DNA of 64,000 bases from NCBI GenBank assembly GCA_046758325.1, contig JBHHZZ010000005.1, positions 150 to 64,149 on the forward strand, written 5' to 3'. Source of the stretch: Thermoplasmata archaeon (lineage in GTDB: Archaea > Thermoplasmatota > Thermoplasmata > RBG-16-68-12 > JAJISG01). The first letter of the stretch is position 1. Each line of letters starts with the position of its first letter. This document shows positions 28,827 to 39,738 of this stretch, piece after piece. The notes under the pieces were generated by a model. It made no database searches. It worked only from the letters and a program-made list of their open reading frames with translations, and was not told where the DNA came from. The position numbers and the translations under genes are program-made.

Positions 28827-30290
28827 TTGAAGATGCCCAGGGATTGGAAGGGACCTCTGAAGAAGCTGGACGCCTATCGCTACGAGATTCCCAGATCGTA
28901 CAAGAAGGAGATGAGGACTTCGGGCATCATCTACGCGGATGAGCAGCTCATCAGGAGCATCGTCACGGACTTCGCTCCGGAGCAGGTGGCCAACGTGGCC
29001 ACGATGCCAGGCGTCATGGACAAGGTCCTGGCCATGCCCGACATCCACTGGGGCTACGGCATGCCCGTCGGCGGCGTGGCGGCCTTCAGCGCAGAGGAGG
29101 GCGTGGTGTCACCCGGGGCGGTCGGGTATGACATTAACTGCGGCGTCCGTCTCCTGAGGACGGACCTCACGGAGGAGGACATCAGCCCACACGTGAAGGC
29201 TCTTGTGGACACCGTCTTCGTCAACGTGCCCAGTGGAGTGGGCTCCCGCGGCAAGGTGAGGGCAGACCGTCAGGAGCTGATGAAGGTCCTAGAGGAGGGA
29301 GCCGAGTGGGCCGTATCTAAGGGGTACGGTTGGCCCGAAGACCTGGACAGGATCGAGGCCAACGGCACCATGCCGGCTGCCGACGCCTCTAAGGTGAGCG
29401 AGAAGGCCATCCACAGGGGCATACCTCAGATAGGGAGCCTCGGCGCTGGCAACCACTTCTTGGAGATTCAGCGGGTCGCCAAGGTGCACGATGGTGAGGC
29501 CGCGAGGGCCATGGGCCTGGAGAAGGGGGATGTCACCGTCCTCATCCACACCGGCTCCCGAGGTTGTGGCCATCAGATCGCCACAGACTACATCCGGCTG
29601 GCGGAGCAGTGTGTGAGGAAGTATGACATATGGCTCCCTGACAGGCAGCTGGCCTGCATGCCCGTCAACTCCGCCGAAGGGCAGGACTATTTCGCGGCCA
29701 TGTCCGCTGCCGCGAACTTCGCCTTCGCCAACAGGCAGATGATAACCCACTGGGTGCGGGAGTCCTTCGAGAAGGTCCTGGACAGGCCGGCGGATGATCT
29801 GGGCCTCAACATCGTCTACGACGTGGCCCACAACATGGCCAAGCTCGAAGAGCACGTGGTCGACGGGAAGAGGCAGGAGGTCTACGTCCATAGAAAGGGG
29901 GCCACCAGGGCTTTCCCGCCGAACCATCCGGAGACACCGAAGAAATACAAGGCCGTGGGACAGCCCGTCTTGATCCCGGGGGACATGGGCACGGCCAGCT
30001 TCGTGCTGGTGGGGACGGAGGAAGCCATGAAGGAGAGCTTCGGCTCCACCTGCCACGGTGCCGGCCGCCAGATGTCCAGGACCGCCGCCACCCGGAGGTA
30101 CAGCGTGGGACAGGTGCAGAGTGATCTGGCCAAGAAGGGCATCTACATCCATGCTGCCAGCAAGAAGGGCATCGTGGAGGAGGCCCCGGGAGCTTACAAG
30201 GATGTAGAGAGCGTCGTCCGGGTGACGGAGGGCGCTGGCATCTCCAAGATCGTGGTAAGACTAGAACCCCTAGGCGTCATGAAGGGATGA
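28827..30290 (+). CDS. rtcB: RNA-splicing ligase RtcB
   Basis: 'GYDINCG', 'GAGNHFLEIQ', 'HTGSRGCGHQ', 'STCHGAGR' RtcB metal/GTP motifs. Confidence 0.9.
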   Translation: MKMPRDWKGPLKKLDAYRYEIPRSYKKEMRTSGIIYADEQLIRSIVTDFAPEQVANVATMPGVMDKVLAMPDIHWGYGMPVGGVAAFSAEEGVVSPGAVGYDINCGVRLLRTDLTEEDISPHVKALVDTVFVNVPSGVGSRGKVRADRQELMKVLEEGAEWAVSKGYGWPEDLDRIEANGTMPAADASKVSEKAIHRGIPQIGSLGAGNHFLEIQRVAKVHDGEAARAMGLEKGDVTVLIHTGSRGCGHQIATDYIRLAEQCVRKYDIWLPDRQLACMPVNSAEGQDYFAAMSAAANFAFANRQMITHWVRESFEKVLDRPADDLGLNIVYDVAHNMAKLEEHVVDGKRQEVYVHRKGATRAFPPNHPETPKKYKAVGQPVLIPGDMGTASFVLVGTEEAMKESFGSTCHGAGRQMSRTAATRRYSVGQVQSDLAKKGIYIHAASKKGIVEEAPGAYKDVESVVRVTEGAGISKIVVRLEPLGVMKG

Positions 30291-30291
30291 G

Positions 30292-30804
30292 GTGAAGGTC
30301 TCCATTCTTCCCGTGGGGGAGGTGGAGGAGGACATCCTCCAGAAACTCTCGGAGCGGCTTAGCGACGGTGGCCTTGATGTGAGCCTTCTCCCTGCGGAGA
30401 AGATACCTCAGGAGGCCTATCACAGGAGGAGGAAGCAGTACAGGGCTCCTGCCTTCCTGAAACTGGCCCGGAAGAGTGACGGGGAACATGTCCTTGCCGT
30501 CACCAACGTTGACCTCTATGCGGAGCCCCTCAACTTCGTCTTCGGCCAGGCGGAGATGAGAGGAAAGGCCGCAGTCATATCTCTCTTCAGGCTCAGGTCG
30601 AGGGACAAGGACCTGTTCCTTCTGAGGGCCTTGAAGGAGATCCTCCACGAGCTGGGCCATAATAGGGGCCTCAAGCACTGTCCCGACAGGAGATGCGTGA
30701 TGCACTTCTCGAACAACCTGAGGGACACTGACCGAAAGGGCCCTGGACTCTGCCTCGACTGTGGGGAGAGGTTTCAGGGGGGCCCCTTTTGGAGCCAACC
30801 CTAG
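30292..30804 (+). CDS. amzA: archaemetzincin
   Basis: 'HELGHNRGLKHC' zincin motif plus C-terminal CxxC zinc ribbon. GTG start one nt after the rtcB stop. Confidence 0.85.
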   Translation: MKVSILPVGEVEEDILQKLSERLSDGGLDVSLLPAEKIPQEAYHRRRKQYRAPAFLKLARKSDGEHVLAVTNVDLYAEPLNFVFGQAEMRGKAAVISLFRLRSRDKDLFLLRALKEILHELGHNRGLKHCPDRRCVMHFSNNLRDTDRKGPGLCLDCGERFQGGPFWSQP

Positions 30805-30805
30805 T

Positions 30806-32173
30806 CTAGCCTCGGCCGGCGAAGGCCAACATCATGGCCGCAGTCGCCTTCACTGCCTTCCTGGCATCCTCGACCCTGATGTGCTCGTTGGGGGCGTGGA
30901 CCTTACTGCCGGTGTACCCTACACCTGGGGCGGCGGCCGAGGGCGTCCCCACGCTGGTGTAATACCACGTAGACGAGGATCCCGGAGACCAGGGGAAGAT
31001 GTTGGGTTCTCTACCGTACACCTCTCGGCAGGCCACGAGGAGGGCCTGGCCTATGCGGGATGACAGTGGCGTGCCTGCGGGCTCGAAGGAGCCGAGGTGG
31101 TCCACCTGGATGTCCTCGAAACCCCCGTTTCGGAGGTGCTCCTTGAGTTTGGTCAGGACCTCTCCCGGGCGCTGACCTGGAAGGAGACGGAAGTCCAACT
31201 TAACCCTGGCATAGGCAGGGTTGATGGTCTTCGACCCCTCCCCGATGTAGCCCGCGTAGAAACCGTCGATGTTGCAGGTGTTCCCGTAGACGAGCTGCTT
31301 GAGCCTGGAGAGGTGGCCCTTGCCCCCCAGGACCCGCTTCACCCCGTAGGTCTGCTCGAAGTCTAGTGGATCGAAGCTGTTTCTCCTGAGGTAGGACAGC
31401 TCCTCCTCCGTGGGCCTGTGGACGTTGTCATAGAACCCGGGTATGAGGATGCGGCCTCGATCGGTCCTGATGGTTCTCAACGCAGAGATGAGGCGCCAGG
31501 CAGGGTTCGGGATGGAGGCGGCCAGAGAGGAGTGCTGGTCGATGCGGGCTGTGCGTACGGAGAGTTCCACATACAGGATCCCCTTGCTTCCGAGCTGAAT
31601 CGTCGGGGTTCCATCCACGGCATGGCCGCTCCCCTCTATGGTGGCTCCGTCTCCCTTGAAGAGATTCTGGTGTTCCTCCCAGAACGCAGGGAAGTGAGGG
31701 CTTCCCAGCTCCTCCTCCCCCTCTACCATGAAGCGGAGGGTCAGCGGTAATGGGCCGGTGACCTCCCGAATGGCCCTCTGTGCCATGGCCTGAGAGAGGA
31801 CGTTGCCCTTGGTGTCCGCAACGCCCCTTGAGTACAGGTTGCCGTCCCGGATCACGGGGTCAAAGGGGTCCGATTCCCACTCATCCAAGGGATCCACCGG
31901 CTGGACGTCGTAGTGGTTGTAGAGGAGAAGGTCGGGGCCGTCGCCATCACCCACCTCTCCGACCACGAAGGGAGGTCCCCCAGGGACCGATAGCTCCCTG
32001 GTCCTCACGGAATACTTCTCCAGAAGCCTCCGGGTCGCATCCGCTCCCTCTCTGAAGGCCTGCCCAAGTGCACTGATGGTCGGCACGCTGCAGTACTCTT
32101 TCAGGTCCTCAAGAAACTCCTCGAAATGGGAGTCGATGTAACCTAGAACTCTCCTCCGTTCCTCAATGTCCAT
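30806..32173 (-). CDS. M20-family metallopeptidase (dipeptidase/ArgE/DapE-like)
   Basis: 'YNHYDVQP', 'SRGVADTKGN', M20 dimerisation-domain pattern. Confidence 0.8.
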   Translation of the reverse strand: MDIEERRRVLGYIDSHFEEFLEDLKEYCSVPTISALGQAFREGADATRRLLEKYSVRTRELSVPGGPPFVVGEVGDGDGPDLLLYNHYDVQPVDPLDEWESDPFDPVIRDGNLYSRGVADTKGNVLSQAMAQRAIREVTGPLPLTLRFMVEGEEELGSPHFPAFWEEHQNLFKGDGATIEGSGHAVDGTPTIQLGSKGILYVELSVRTARIDQHSSLAASIPNPAWRLISALRTIRTDRGRILIPGFYDNVHRPTEEELSYLRRNSFDPLDFEQTYGVKRVLGGKGHLSRLKQLVYGNTCNIDGFYAGYIGEGSKTINPAYARVKLDFRLLPGQRPGEVLTKLKEHLRNGGFEDIQVDHLGSFEPAGTPLSSRIGQALLVACREVYGREPNIFPWSPGSSSTWYYTSVGTPSAAAPGVGYTGSKVHAPNEHIRVEDARKAVKATAAMMLAFAGRG

Positions 32174-32558
32174 GTGGAGGCGTATGCATACTCTCTATAG
32201 AGGCCTTCGCCTCATCTGCATGCGTCCCTCCTAGCTCTCGCTAAAACAGGGGAATTGAGATTCCAAAGTACTGAGGAGGCCTCAAATATCGCGGATAACG
32301 CTCTTCACCTTCTCCGCGACCTCGGGTGGGATGGATTCCATCCCGTGGACGGCCTTAGCGTGCTCCGCCACTTTCCCCAAAAGGTCCTCAGAGGTCTCCG
32401 CGGTGGCCTCATACCCGCAATCAAATCCTATGTCCTCACACTTGACCATCTTTGCCATGTCAGTGGAGCCGGAATCAATCCTGTCCTATAAGTACTCACC
32501 CCATAACCCTGGGATATGACCTGCCGCCTCCCGAAACCCCCGTGTCCTCGATCTTCCC

Positions 32559-33770
32559 TCAGTTTGAGACTCCCCCATGCCCGAGACCGAGCCTGAACAT
32601 GAAGGCCGCGAGCATCACCGAGGCCAGCAGTGAGAAGGCGAGCCCGTAAGAGAAGGTCCAGATCGGGCTGTAGAGCCAGAGGAGTCCCGCCATCGCGCTC
32701 GCCGGGAACTTGGCCAGGCCTGAGAGGGTATGGTATGTGCCCAGGGCCGTGGCCCTCAGCTCCTCGGGCGACAGGTCCGCGACGAACGCCCTCTCCACCC
32801 CATTCACGAAGGCGAAGGAGAGGCCGAAGACGAGGAAAAGGAGGAAGATCTGCCAATTCTGGGAGAACAGGAGGAATCCGAGGCACATGACGGCGAAGAG
32901 GAGATATCCGATGAGGATGACGGGGGCTCGGCCGGCGGTATCTGACAGGGCTCCCGTGGGCATGGCACCTAGGGCGTATACGAGGTTGAAGGCCAGGTAG
33001 AAGAGGATACCAGTGCCCTGGGTGAGCCCCACGCCTATCACCCTCAGGAGCAGGAAGAGGACGGAGAAGCTGCCGAGGGAATAGGTCGTGGAGATGATGA
33101 TGAAGAGACGTAGCTCCCTACTGAGGGAGGAGAAGCTCACCCTTAGGGAGGGGACCGCGGCCTTACGCTTGGGCCTCTCCAGAATGAAGCTGGTCAGGAG
33201 GGCTGAGAGGAGGGCCGGGACGACAGCAATGAGGAAGATCTCTCGAAAGGGAAGGCCGTAATGGTCGAGGAGGACGAAGGCTACCAGGGGTCCCAGAACG
33301 GCCCCCGCCGTGTCGGCTAACCTGTGAAAGCCGAAGACCTTTCCCCTCTTGGCAACGGGGGATGCGTCGGCCAGGATGGCGTCCCTGGGGGCATCCCTCA
33401 GGCCTTTGCCGGCCCTCTCCCCGACGCCTACGCCGAGCAATTGCGGCCAGGACTGGACGAAGGGGATTGCAGACTTCATAATCCCCGAAACGCCGTAGCC
33501 GGCCATGACCAGCCCCTTCCGCCGACCCAGCTTGTCCGACCAGTGGCCTGAGAAGACCTTCAGCAGGCTAGACGTGCTCTCCCGCGAGCCCTCGAAGATG
33601 CCGAGGATGAGGGCGGTACCCCCGATCTCCGCCGAGACGATGAAGAAGGGCATCAGAGGGAATATCATCTCGCTACTCAGGTCCGTGAGAAGGCTGACGA
33701 ATCCCAGTAAGAGGACGTTGAAGCTGAGGCCCGCTGCAAGGCCCTGAGCCCGCCTCTGGCCTCCGCTCAT
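32559..33770 (-). CDS. MFS transporter
   Basis: 403 aa, 12 TM, 'SDKLGRRK' loop motif. Confidence 0.8.
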   Translation of the reverse strand: MSGGQRRAQGLAAGLSFNVLLLGFVSLLTDLSSEMIFPLMPFFIVSAEIGGTALILGIFEGSRESTSSLLKVFSGHWSDKLGRRKGLVMAGYGVSGIMKSAIPFVQSWPQLLGVGVGERAGKGLRDAPRDAILADASPVAKRGKVFGFHRLADTAGAVLGPLVAFVLLDHYGLPFREIFLIAVVPALLSALLTSFILERPKRKAAVPSLRVSFSSLSRELRLFIIISTTYSLGSFSVLFLLLRVIGVGLTQGTGILFYLAFNLVYALGAMPTGALSDTAGRAPVILIGYLLFAVMCLGFLLFSQNWQIFLLFLVFGLSFAFVNGVERAFVADLSPEELRATALGTYHTLSGLAKFPASAMAGLLWLYSPIWTFSYGLAFSLLASVMLAAFMFRLGLGHGGVSN

Positions 33771-33833
33771 GATTGCCCCCTCAAAAGGAAAGCTCGAACT
33801 CTCTGATAGGCCTTTCTCAACGGGATCGCTATC

Positions 33834-34184
<351 letters not shown>

Positions 34185-34266
34185 CTATTGGCTTCGTGGC
34201 ATCCCTCCGCGTGCCTGGCCATGGGAAAGATGGTGGCCTCCTCCTCGGAGCCTCGCCGCGGGAAGC

Positions 34267-34584
<318 letters not shown>

Positions 34585-34680
34585 CTAATTTAGATGACTA
34601 CGCCGTTATAAACTTATGCCCTTCCTTATCGCTCCTGCTGCTTCCACAATCTTGAAGGCTCCCCGTACCATTAGGAGGCT

Positions 34681-36120
34681 GTGATTCCCCTCGAGGAGAT
34701 GCGTGTTCTCGACAGAAACCTGGAGTACCACGGGGTCTCCATCGAGGATCTGATGGAGAAGGCGGGGGAGGGGATTGCAGAGACCCTCCTCAGCAAGATG
34801 CAGGCGGAGGGCAGGAGGGTCCTCTTCCTCTGTGGGACTGGAAACAACGCCGGCGACGCCTTCGTCGCGGCTCGATATCTGAAGGACAGGACGAAGGTGG
34901 TCATCGCCCTGGCTAGGACCCCGGAGGAGATATGGCGGGGGCCTGCCAAGAAGAACTTTCAGCGGATTTCGTCCGAGGTCACCGTCCTGGAGCCGCCTCA
35001 GGACTACCGATCCCTGGCACAGGAGGCAGACATTCTCGTTGACGGCCTCCTCGGAACCGGTATCAGGGGCACCATGCGGGAGCCCTACCGATCCATGGTG
35101 GAGGCCATGAACCGTTCCGGCAGGCCCATCCTCTCCATAGACCTACCCAGTGGCTTCGGTTCCGACGTTGTAGTGAAGCCCTCGGTGACTGCTGCCCTCC
35201 ACGCGGTGAAGGAAGGGATGGACGAGGAGACCTGTGGGGAGATCGTCGTCATCGACATAGGCATCACGAAGGAGCTGGAGAGGCTAGTTGGCCCTGGAGA
35301 GTTCCTCTACTACTCGATACCCAGCCCCGAGGCCCACAAGGGCGACAGCGGCCGCGTGCTCGTGGTGGCCGGCGGGCCCTACACCGGGGCACCAGCCCTG
35401 GTTGCCATGGCAGCCTACCGCATCGGGAGCGATGTGGTACACGTGGCCACACCTTCCGTCAGCTATCCCATCGTCGCCTCCTTCAGCCCCACCCTAATCG
35501 TCCACAGGCTCTCCCAGAGCAGGCTCGTCACCGGCGATGTTCCAAGGATCCTGGAGTTGGCCGAGGGGATGGACGCGGTGGCTTTGGGACCGGGGCTGGG
35601 CAGGGATCCCGATACCCTTTCCGCAGTAAGGGACCTCCTCCGGAAGCTGGATAAGCCTGTGGTCATCGATGCCGACGGCATCACCGCAGTGGCCGAGGAT
35701 CTGGGCTGCCTCCGGGGAAGGAAGGGCATCATAACCCCCCACAGTATGGAGTTCTACAGGCTGACTGGGTCGGAACTCTCGGGGGATCTGGAGGGGAGAA
35801 TCGAGCAGGTACGGTCCTTCGCCGAGGACGTGGGCCTCACCGTCCTCCTCAAGGGTCGGCACGACATCATCTCCGATGGAGACAGAGTAAAGGTCAACAA
35901 GACGGGAAATGCTGGCATGACCGTGGGAGGCACCGGAGACGTACTGGCGGGCCTGGCCGGCGGCCTTTTGGGGAAGGGAATCGACCCCTTCAACGCCGCC
36001 AGAATAGCTTCCTTCGCCAACGGATACGCGGGAGACATAGCCTTTCGAGAACTCAGTTACGGGATGACTGCCACGGATCTCCTAAGCAAGATTCCCGCCG
36101 TCTTGATTGAGTTCCTCTAG
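34681..36120 (+). CDS. nnr: bifunctional NAD(P)H-hydrate repair enzyme Nnr (epimerase + ADP-dependent dehydratase)
   Basis: YjeF-N domain 'LCGTGNNAGDAFVAARYL' and C-terminal carbohydrate-kinase domain 'GGTGDVLAG'. Confidence 0.85.
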   Translation: MIPLEEMRVLDRNLEYHGVSIEDLMEKAGEGIAETLLSKMQAEGRRVLFLCGTGNNAGDAFVAARYLKDRTKVVIALARTPEEIWRGPAKKNFQRISSEVTVLEPPQDYRSLAQEADILVDGLLGTGIRGTMREPYRSMVEAMNRSGRPILSIDLPSGFGSDVVVKPSVTAALHAVKEGMDEETCGEIVVIDIGITKELERLVGPGEFLYYSIPSPEAHKGDSGRVLVVAGGPYTGAPALVAMAAYRIGSDVVHVATPSVSYPIVASFSPTLIVHRLSQSRLVTGDVPRILELAEGMDAVALGPGLGRDPDTLSAVRDLLRKLDKPVVIDADGITAVAEDLGCLRGRKGIITPHSMEFYRLTGSELSGDLEGRIEQVRSFAEDVGLTVLLKGRHDIISDGDRVKVNKTGNAGMTVGGTGDVLAGLAGGLLGKGIDPFNAARIASFANGYAGDIAFRELSYGMTATDLLSKIPAVLIEFL

Positions 36121-36464
36121 TACCCGGTCACGTCCGCGAAGACCTCGTTTTCGACGATCTTGACGTTGTAGGTCTGAAGGGGGAAGCTCGGTGGCTCTCG
36201 GATGACCTCACCGCTCTTGATGTTGAACTGCCCACCGTGGAGGGGACAGGTCACTGTGTCGGCCTCGAGGGTGCCCTGGCTGAGGTCTCCCCACTCGTGA
36301 GTGCAGGCGGCGTCTAGGACATAGATGTCATCGCTTGCCTTTATCACCATGTAGTCACAGCCGAGGACCTCGACCTTGAACATCCCACCGTCCTTCAGAT
36401 CGTCCAGGTCGCACATCTTCACGAGCTCTGCCATGAGGACCGGTGCCACTACTTCCGCTGCCAT
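36117..36464 (-). CDS. Rieske [2Fe-2S] domain protein
   Basis: 'CTHEWGDLS' (CxH) and 'CPLHGGQF' (CxxH). Confidence 0.75.
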   Translation of the reverse strand: MAAEVVAPVLMAELVKMCDLDDLKDGGMFKVEVLGCDYMVIKASDDIYVLDAACTHEWGDLSQGTLEADTVTCPLHGGQFNIKSGEVIREPPSFPLQTYNVKIVENEVFADVTGY

Positions 36465-36480
36465 TTTTAAAGATTGCCTG

Positions 36481-37026
36481 CTAGCTCTCCGGGACCTCCC
36501 CTATCCTTCGCTGCCTGGTCCAAGCGAGGAAGGCGGCTCCCGCCACATTGATGGGAATGATGGCCTCGGCCAGTATGCCCATGTAGGCGCCGGGAATCCC
36601 ATGTCCCTTGACTCCGTAGGCGTAGGTACCGAGGAGGAGGGAGACCAGGCCGGTGATGATCCAAGTGGCAATCAAGACGCCCTCGATGGAGGGCCTCCTG
36701 AGGAGGTACCAGCGGCCTAACCAGCAGGAGACAAGGAAAACGAGGAGGGCCGCTGTCGCGTCGATGGAGGTGGTGCCCATGGGGTTGATCCACTCGTAGA
36801 GGAGGGCTGCGGAGAAGACGCCGAAGCCAACGCCGAGGATGGCCCATAGGCCAAAGGGCAGAGCCGCCGCCAGGAGAAAGGCCTCGGGTCTAGGGGAGAG
36901 GGCACAGCTGCCGAGAAGACAGAGAGAGATGGGCGGCACCCCGATGAAGAGCGCAACGTAGGCCAGGAGAAAAGCAGAGAAAGCTACGATGCCTCGAACG
37001 GTCCTCGATACGGGTCGCAACGGCAT
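36481..37026 (-). CDS. hypothetical membrane protein (5-6 TM)
   Basis: 181 aa hydrophobic ORF. Confidence 0.4.
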   Translation of the reverse strand: MPLRPVSRTVRGIVAFSAFLLAYVALFIGVPPISLCLLGSCALSPRPEAFLLAAALPFGLWAILGVGFGVFSAALLYEWINPMGTTSIDATAALLVFLVSCWLGRWYLLRRPSIEGVLIATWIITGLVSLLLGTYAYGVKGHGIPGAYMGILAEAIIPINVAGAAFLAWTRQRRIGEVPES

Positions 37027-37274
37027 GAGCGCCCTTCGAGCAGGGTACTTCCCCTAGATAGACCTTCGGAATCCGGGGGTAGTGGGGCCCTGAGTGGGGA
37101 GCGGAGGCAACACCTCCGCCTGCGTCTCAACAGGCCCATGGCGTGAGGGAGGAATCTGATGTAGGGTGCCACTTCGATGCGTGGAAATTCACCCCTTCAA
37201 TAGTTTTTTATACGCAAGTGCTCATAGAGGGCCGCTTCAAGGGATGGGATGACGTCGAGTTCTTGGGTGAGACC

Positions 37275-38381
37275 ATGGATTCGTTGGCAAGGGATGCCTT
37301 AGGCTCCGAGCCGGAGGGCTATGCAGCCGCAAACGGCTACGATGACCTGCAGGCCAATGAGGAGCTGGAAGCGGTACTGGCCCAGCTGAGGACCAGGATA
37401 AAGATAATCGGGATTGGCGGAGCTGGTTGCAACACTATCACGAGGATTGTCGACGAGGGGATAACGGGTGCCGAGCTCTACGCCGCCAACACCGACGCCC
37501 AGCACCTCCTGCACACGAAGTCCCCTCACAAGGTGCTCCTTGGACGCAGGCTGACGCGAGGTCTGGGGGCGGGCTCTCTCCCACATATAGGCGAGCAGGG
37601 CGCCAAGGAGTCGGAGGAGGAGCTTCGACAGATTCTCTCCGAGTCCGACATGATCTTCGTTACATGCGGCCTGGGTGGTGGAACTGGAACGGGGGCCATT
37701 CCCACCGTCGCCAAGATCGCGCGGGAGATGGGTGCCCTGACCGTGGCCGTTGTCACCATGCCCTTTACCGGCGAGGGTCGCATCAGGGCCGAGAACGCGG
37801 AGTGGGGATTGGAGAAGCTCAGGGAGAATGCGGATACTGTGATCGCCATACCCAACGACCGCCTCCTGGAGCTGGTCCCGAGGCTCTCGCTGAACGCAGC
37901 CTTCAAGGTGGCCGACGAGGTCCTCATGCGTTCCATCAAGGGCATCACGGAGCTCGTCACCAAGCCGGGCATGGTCAACCTTGACTTCAACGACATCAAG
38001 ACGATCATGAAAGGCGGTGGAGTGGCCATGATAGGCCTGGGCGAGAGCCAAGCTGCTGGGGAGGAGAGGGCCATCGAGTCCATCGATGAGGCCGTCAACT
38101 CTCCCCTGCTCGAGGTGGACATCAGCTCGTCCACAGGAGTCCTGGTGAACGTCATTGGCGGAGAAGACATGAGCGTGTCGGAGGCGGAGAAGGTGGCGGA
38201 GGAGGTCCAGAGGAGGGTGAGCCCCAACGCCCGCATCATATGGGGTGCCACGGTGGACCCCAGCCTCAGGCACGTGCTCAGGGTGATGCTGGTCGCCACG
38301 GGGGTCAAGTCCAAACAGATCCTGGGCAGGAAGACGGCCGAGGAGGTTCGGGAGCGCTTCGGCATCGACTTCGTAGGGTAG
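37275..38381 (+). CDS. ftsZ1: cell division GTPase FtsZ (paralog 1)
   Basis: '[10 protein letters not shown]', '[12 protein letters not shown]', 'NVDFND'-like 'NLDFNDIKT'. Start at MDSLARD, preceded by GGGTGAG. Confidence 0.85.
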   Translation: MDSLARDALGSEPEGYAAANGYDDLQANEELEAVLAQLRTRIKIIGIGGAGCNTITRIVDEGITGAELYAANTDAQHLLHTKSPHKVLLGRRLTRGLGAGSLPHIGEQGAKESEEELRQILSESDMIFVTCGLGGGTGTGAIPTVAKIAREMGALTVAVVTMPFTGEGRIRAENAEWGLEKLRENADTVIAIPNDRLLELVPRLSLNAAFKVADEVLMRSIKGITELVTKPGMVNLDFNDIKTIMKGGGVAMIGLGESQAAGEERAIESIDEAVNSPLLEVDISSSTGVLVNVIGGEDMSVSEAEKVAEEVQRRVSPNARIIWGATVDPSLRHVLRVMLVATGVKSKQILGRKTAEEVRERFGIDFVG

Positions 38382-38389
38382 GGGTGTCT

Positions 38390-39481
38390 ATGGGGGTCTT
38401 CGCTGAGGGCTTAGCTTCCCATCCAGAACCGCAGGCCTATCACGGCGCTACCCTCTCGCAGGCGGACCAGGAGCTGGAGGAGGTCCTCAAGAGTCTGAGG
38501 ACAGCGATACGGATCGTGGGCATCGGGGGAGCGGGGTGCAATACCATCAACCGCATCTGCGAGGCTGGCATTACAGGGGCCGACCTGTACGCCGCCAACA
38601 CCGACGCCCAGCATCTCCTGCACATCAAGTCTCCCAAGAAGGTCCTGCTGGGGAGGAACACGACCAGGGGCCTGGGTGCAGGCGCCCTTCCCCACGTCGG
38701 TGAGGCCGCTGCCAGGGAGACGGAGGCCCAGATCAGGGCCCTGCTGGAGGCATCCGACATGGTCTTCGTCACCTGCGGACTCGGAGGAGGCACTGGCACA
38801 GGAGGCGCCCCCATAGTGGCCCACATAGCCAAGGACCTAGGAGCTCTGACCGTAGCCATCTGCACCTTCCCCTTCAAGGCCGAAGGCTCCGTTCGGTGGG
38901 AAAACGCTGAGTACGGGCTGGAGAAGCTAAGGAAGCATGTGGATACCCTCATAGTGGTACCCAACGACAGGCTGCTGGAACTGGTGCCCAGGTTGCCCCT
39001 CACCGCAGCCTTCAAGGTGGCCGACGAGGTCCTCATGCGCTCCATCAAGGGCATCACTGAGATCGTGACAAAACCTGGCCTGGTCAACCTGGACTTCAAC
39101 GACATAAGGACGGTCATGAGCGAGGGCGGGGTGGCTATGATGGGTCTGGGGGAAAGCCAGGCGGAGAACAGGGCCGAGGAGGCGGTGGAGGAGGCCATCA
39201 GCTCCCCCCTCATCGACGTGGACGTGAGCTGCGCGTCGGCAGCTCTGGTCAACGTCACCGGCGGCAGCGACATGACGGTCCTGGAGGCCGAGAAGGTGGC
39301 AGAGCTCGTCCAGGCCAGGATCAGCCCCAACGCAAGGATTATATGGGGAGCGGCCATAGATAACGGTCTGGAACACAAGCTGAGGGTCATGCTGGTCCTA
39401 ACAGGCGTGAAAAGCCGGCAGATAGTGGGACCGCAAGCGGCTTCCAGGCCTTGGGAGTCGGACCTCGAATTGGTGCGCTAG
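38390..39481 (+). CDS. ftsZ2: cell division GTPase FtsZ (paralog 2)
   Basis: Same tubulin/FtsZ motifs. Starts 9 nt after the ftsZ1 stop. Confidence 0.85.
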   Translation: MGVFAEGLASHPEPQAYHGATLSQADQELEEVLKSLRTAIRIVGIGGAGCNTINRICEAGITGADLYAANTDAQHLLHIKSPKKVLLGRNTTRGLGAGALPHVGEAAARETEAQIRALLEASDMVFVTCGLGGGTGTGGAPIVAHIAKDLGALTVAICTFPFKAEGSVRWENAEYGLEKLRKHVDTLIVVPNDRLLELVPRLPLTAAFKVADEVLMRSIKGITEIVTKPGLVNLDFNDIRTVMSEGGVAMMGLGESQAENRAEEAVEEAISSPLIDVDVSCASAALVNVTGGSDMTVLEAEKVAELVQARISPNARIIWGAAIDNGLEHKLRVMLVLTGVKSRQIVGPQAASRPWESDLELVR

Positions 39482-39496
39482 GAAGGCTGATTCCTC

Positions 39497-39733
39497 GTGG
39501 ACATAGTTGAGCGGGCGTGGCAGTTTCAGAAGAGAATAGAAGAGAGGACCAAGAGGCTGGGCAGAGGAAAGTATGGCCGGGTCTTCAAGATGGCCAGGAA
39601 GCCCTCCTCTGAGGAGTACAACAGGACCATCCAGATTACGGGCATGGGCCTTATGTTGCTGGGAGGTCTCGGCTTCCTCATATTCTTCCTCATGATCGAG
39701 GTGCCGAAGTTCTTCAGCGGCTCCGTACCCTAG
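39497..39733 (+). CDS. secE: protein translocase subunit SecE/Sec61-gamma
   Basis: 78 aa with 'KPSSEEYNRTIQITGMGLMLLGGLGFLIFFLM' archaeal SecE pattern. Sits in the conserved position before spt5-rpl11. Confidence 0.75.
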   Translation: MDIVERAWQFQKRIEERTKRLGRGKYGRVFKMARKPSSEEYNRTIQITGMGLMLLGGLGFLIFFLMIEVPKFFSGSVP

Positions 39734-39738
39734 GAGGT

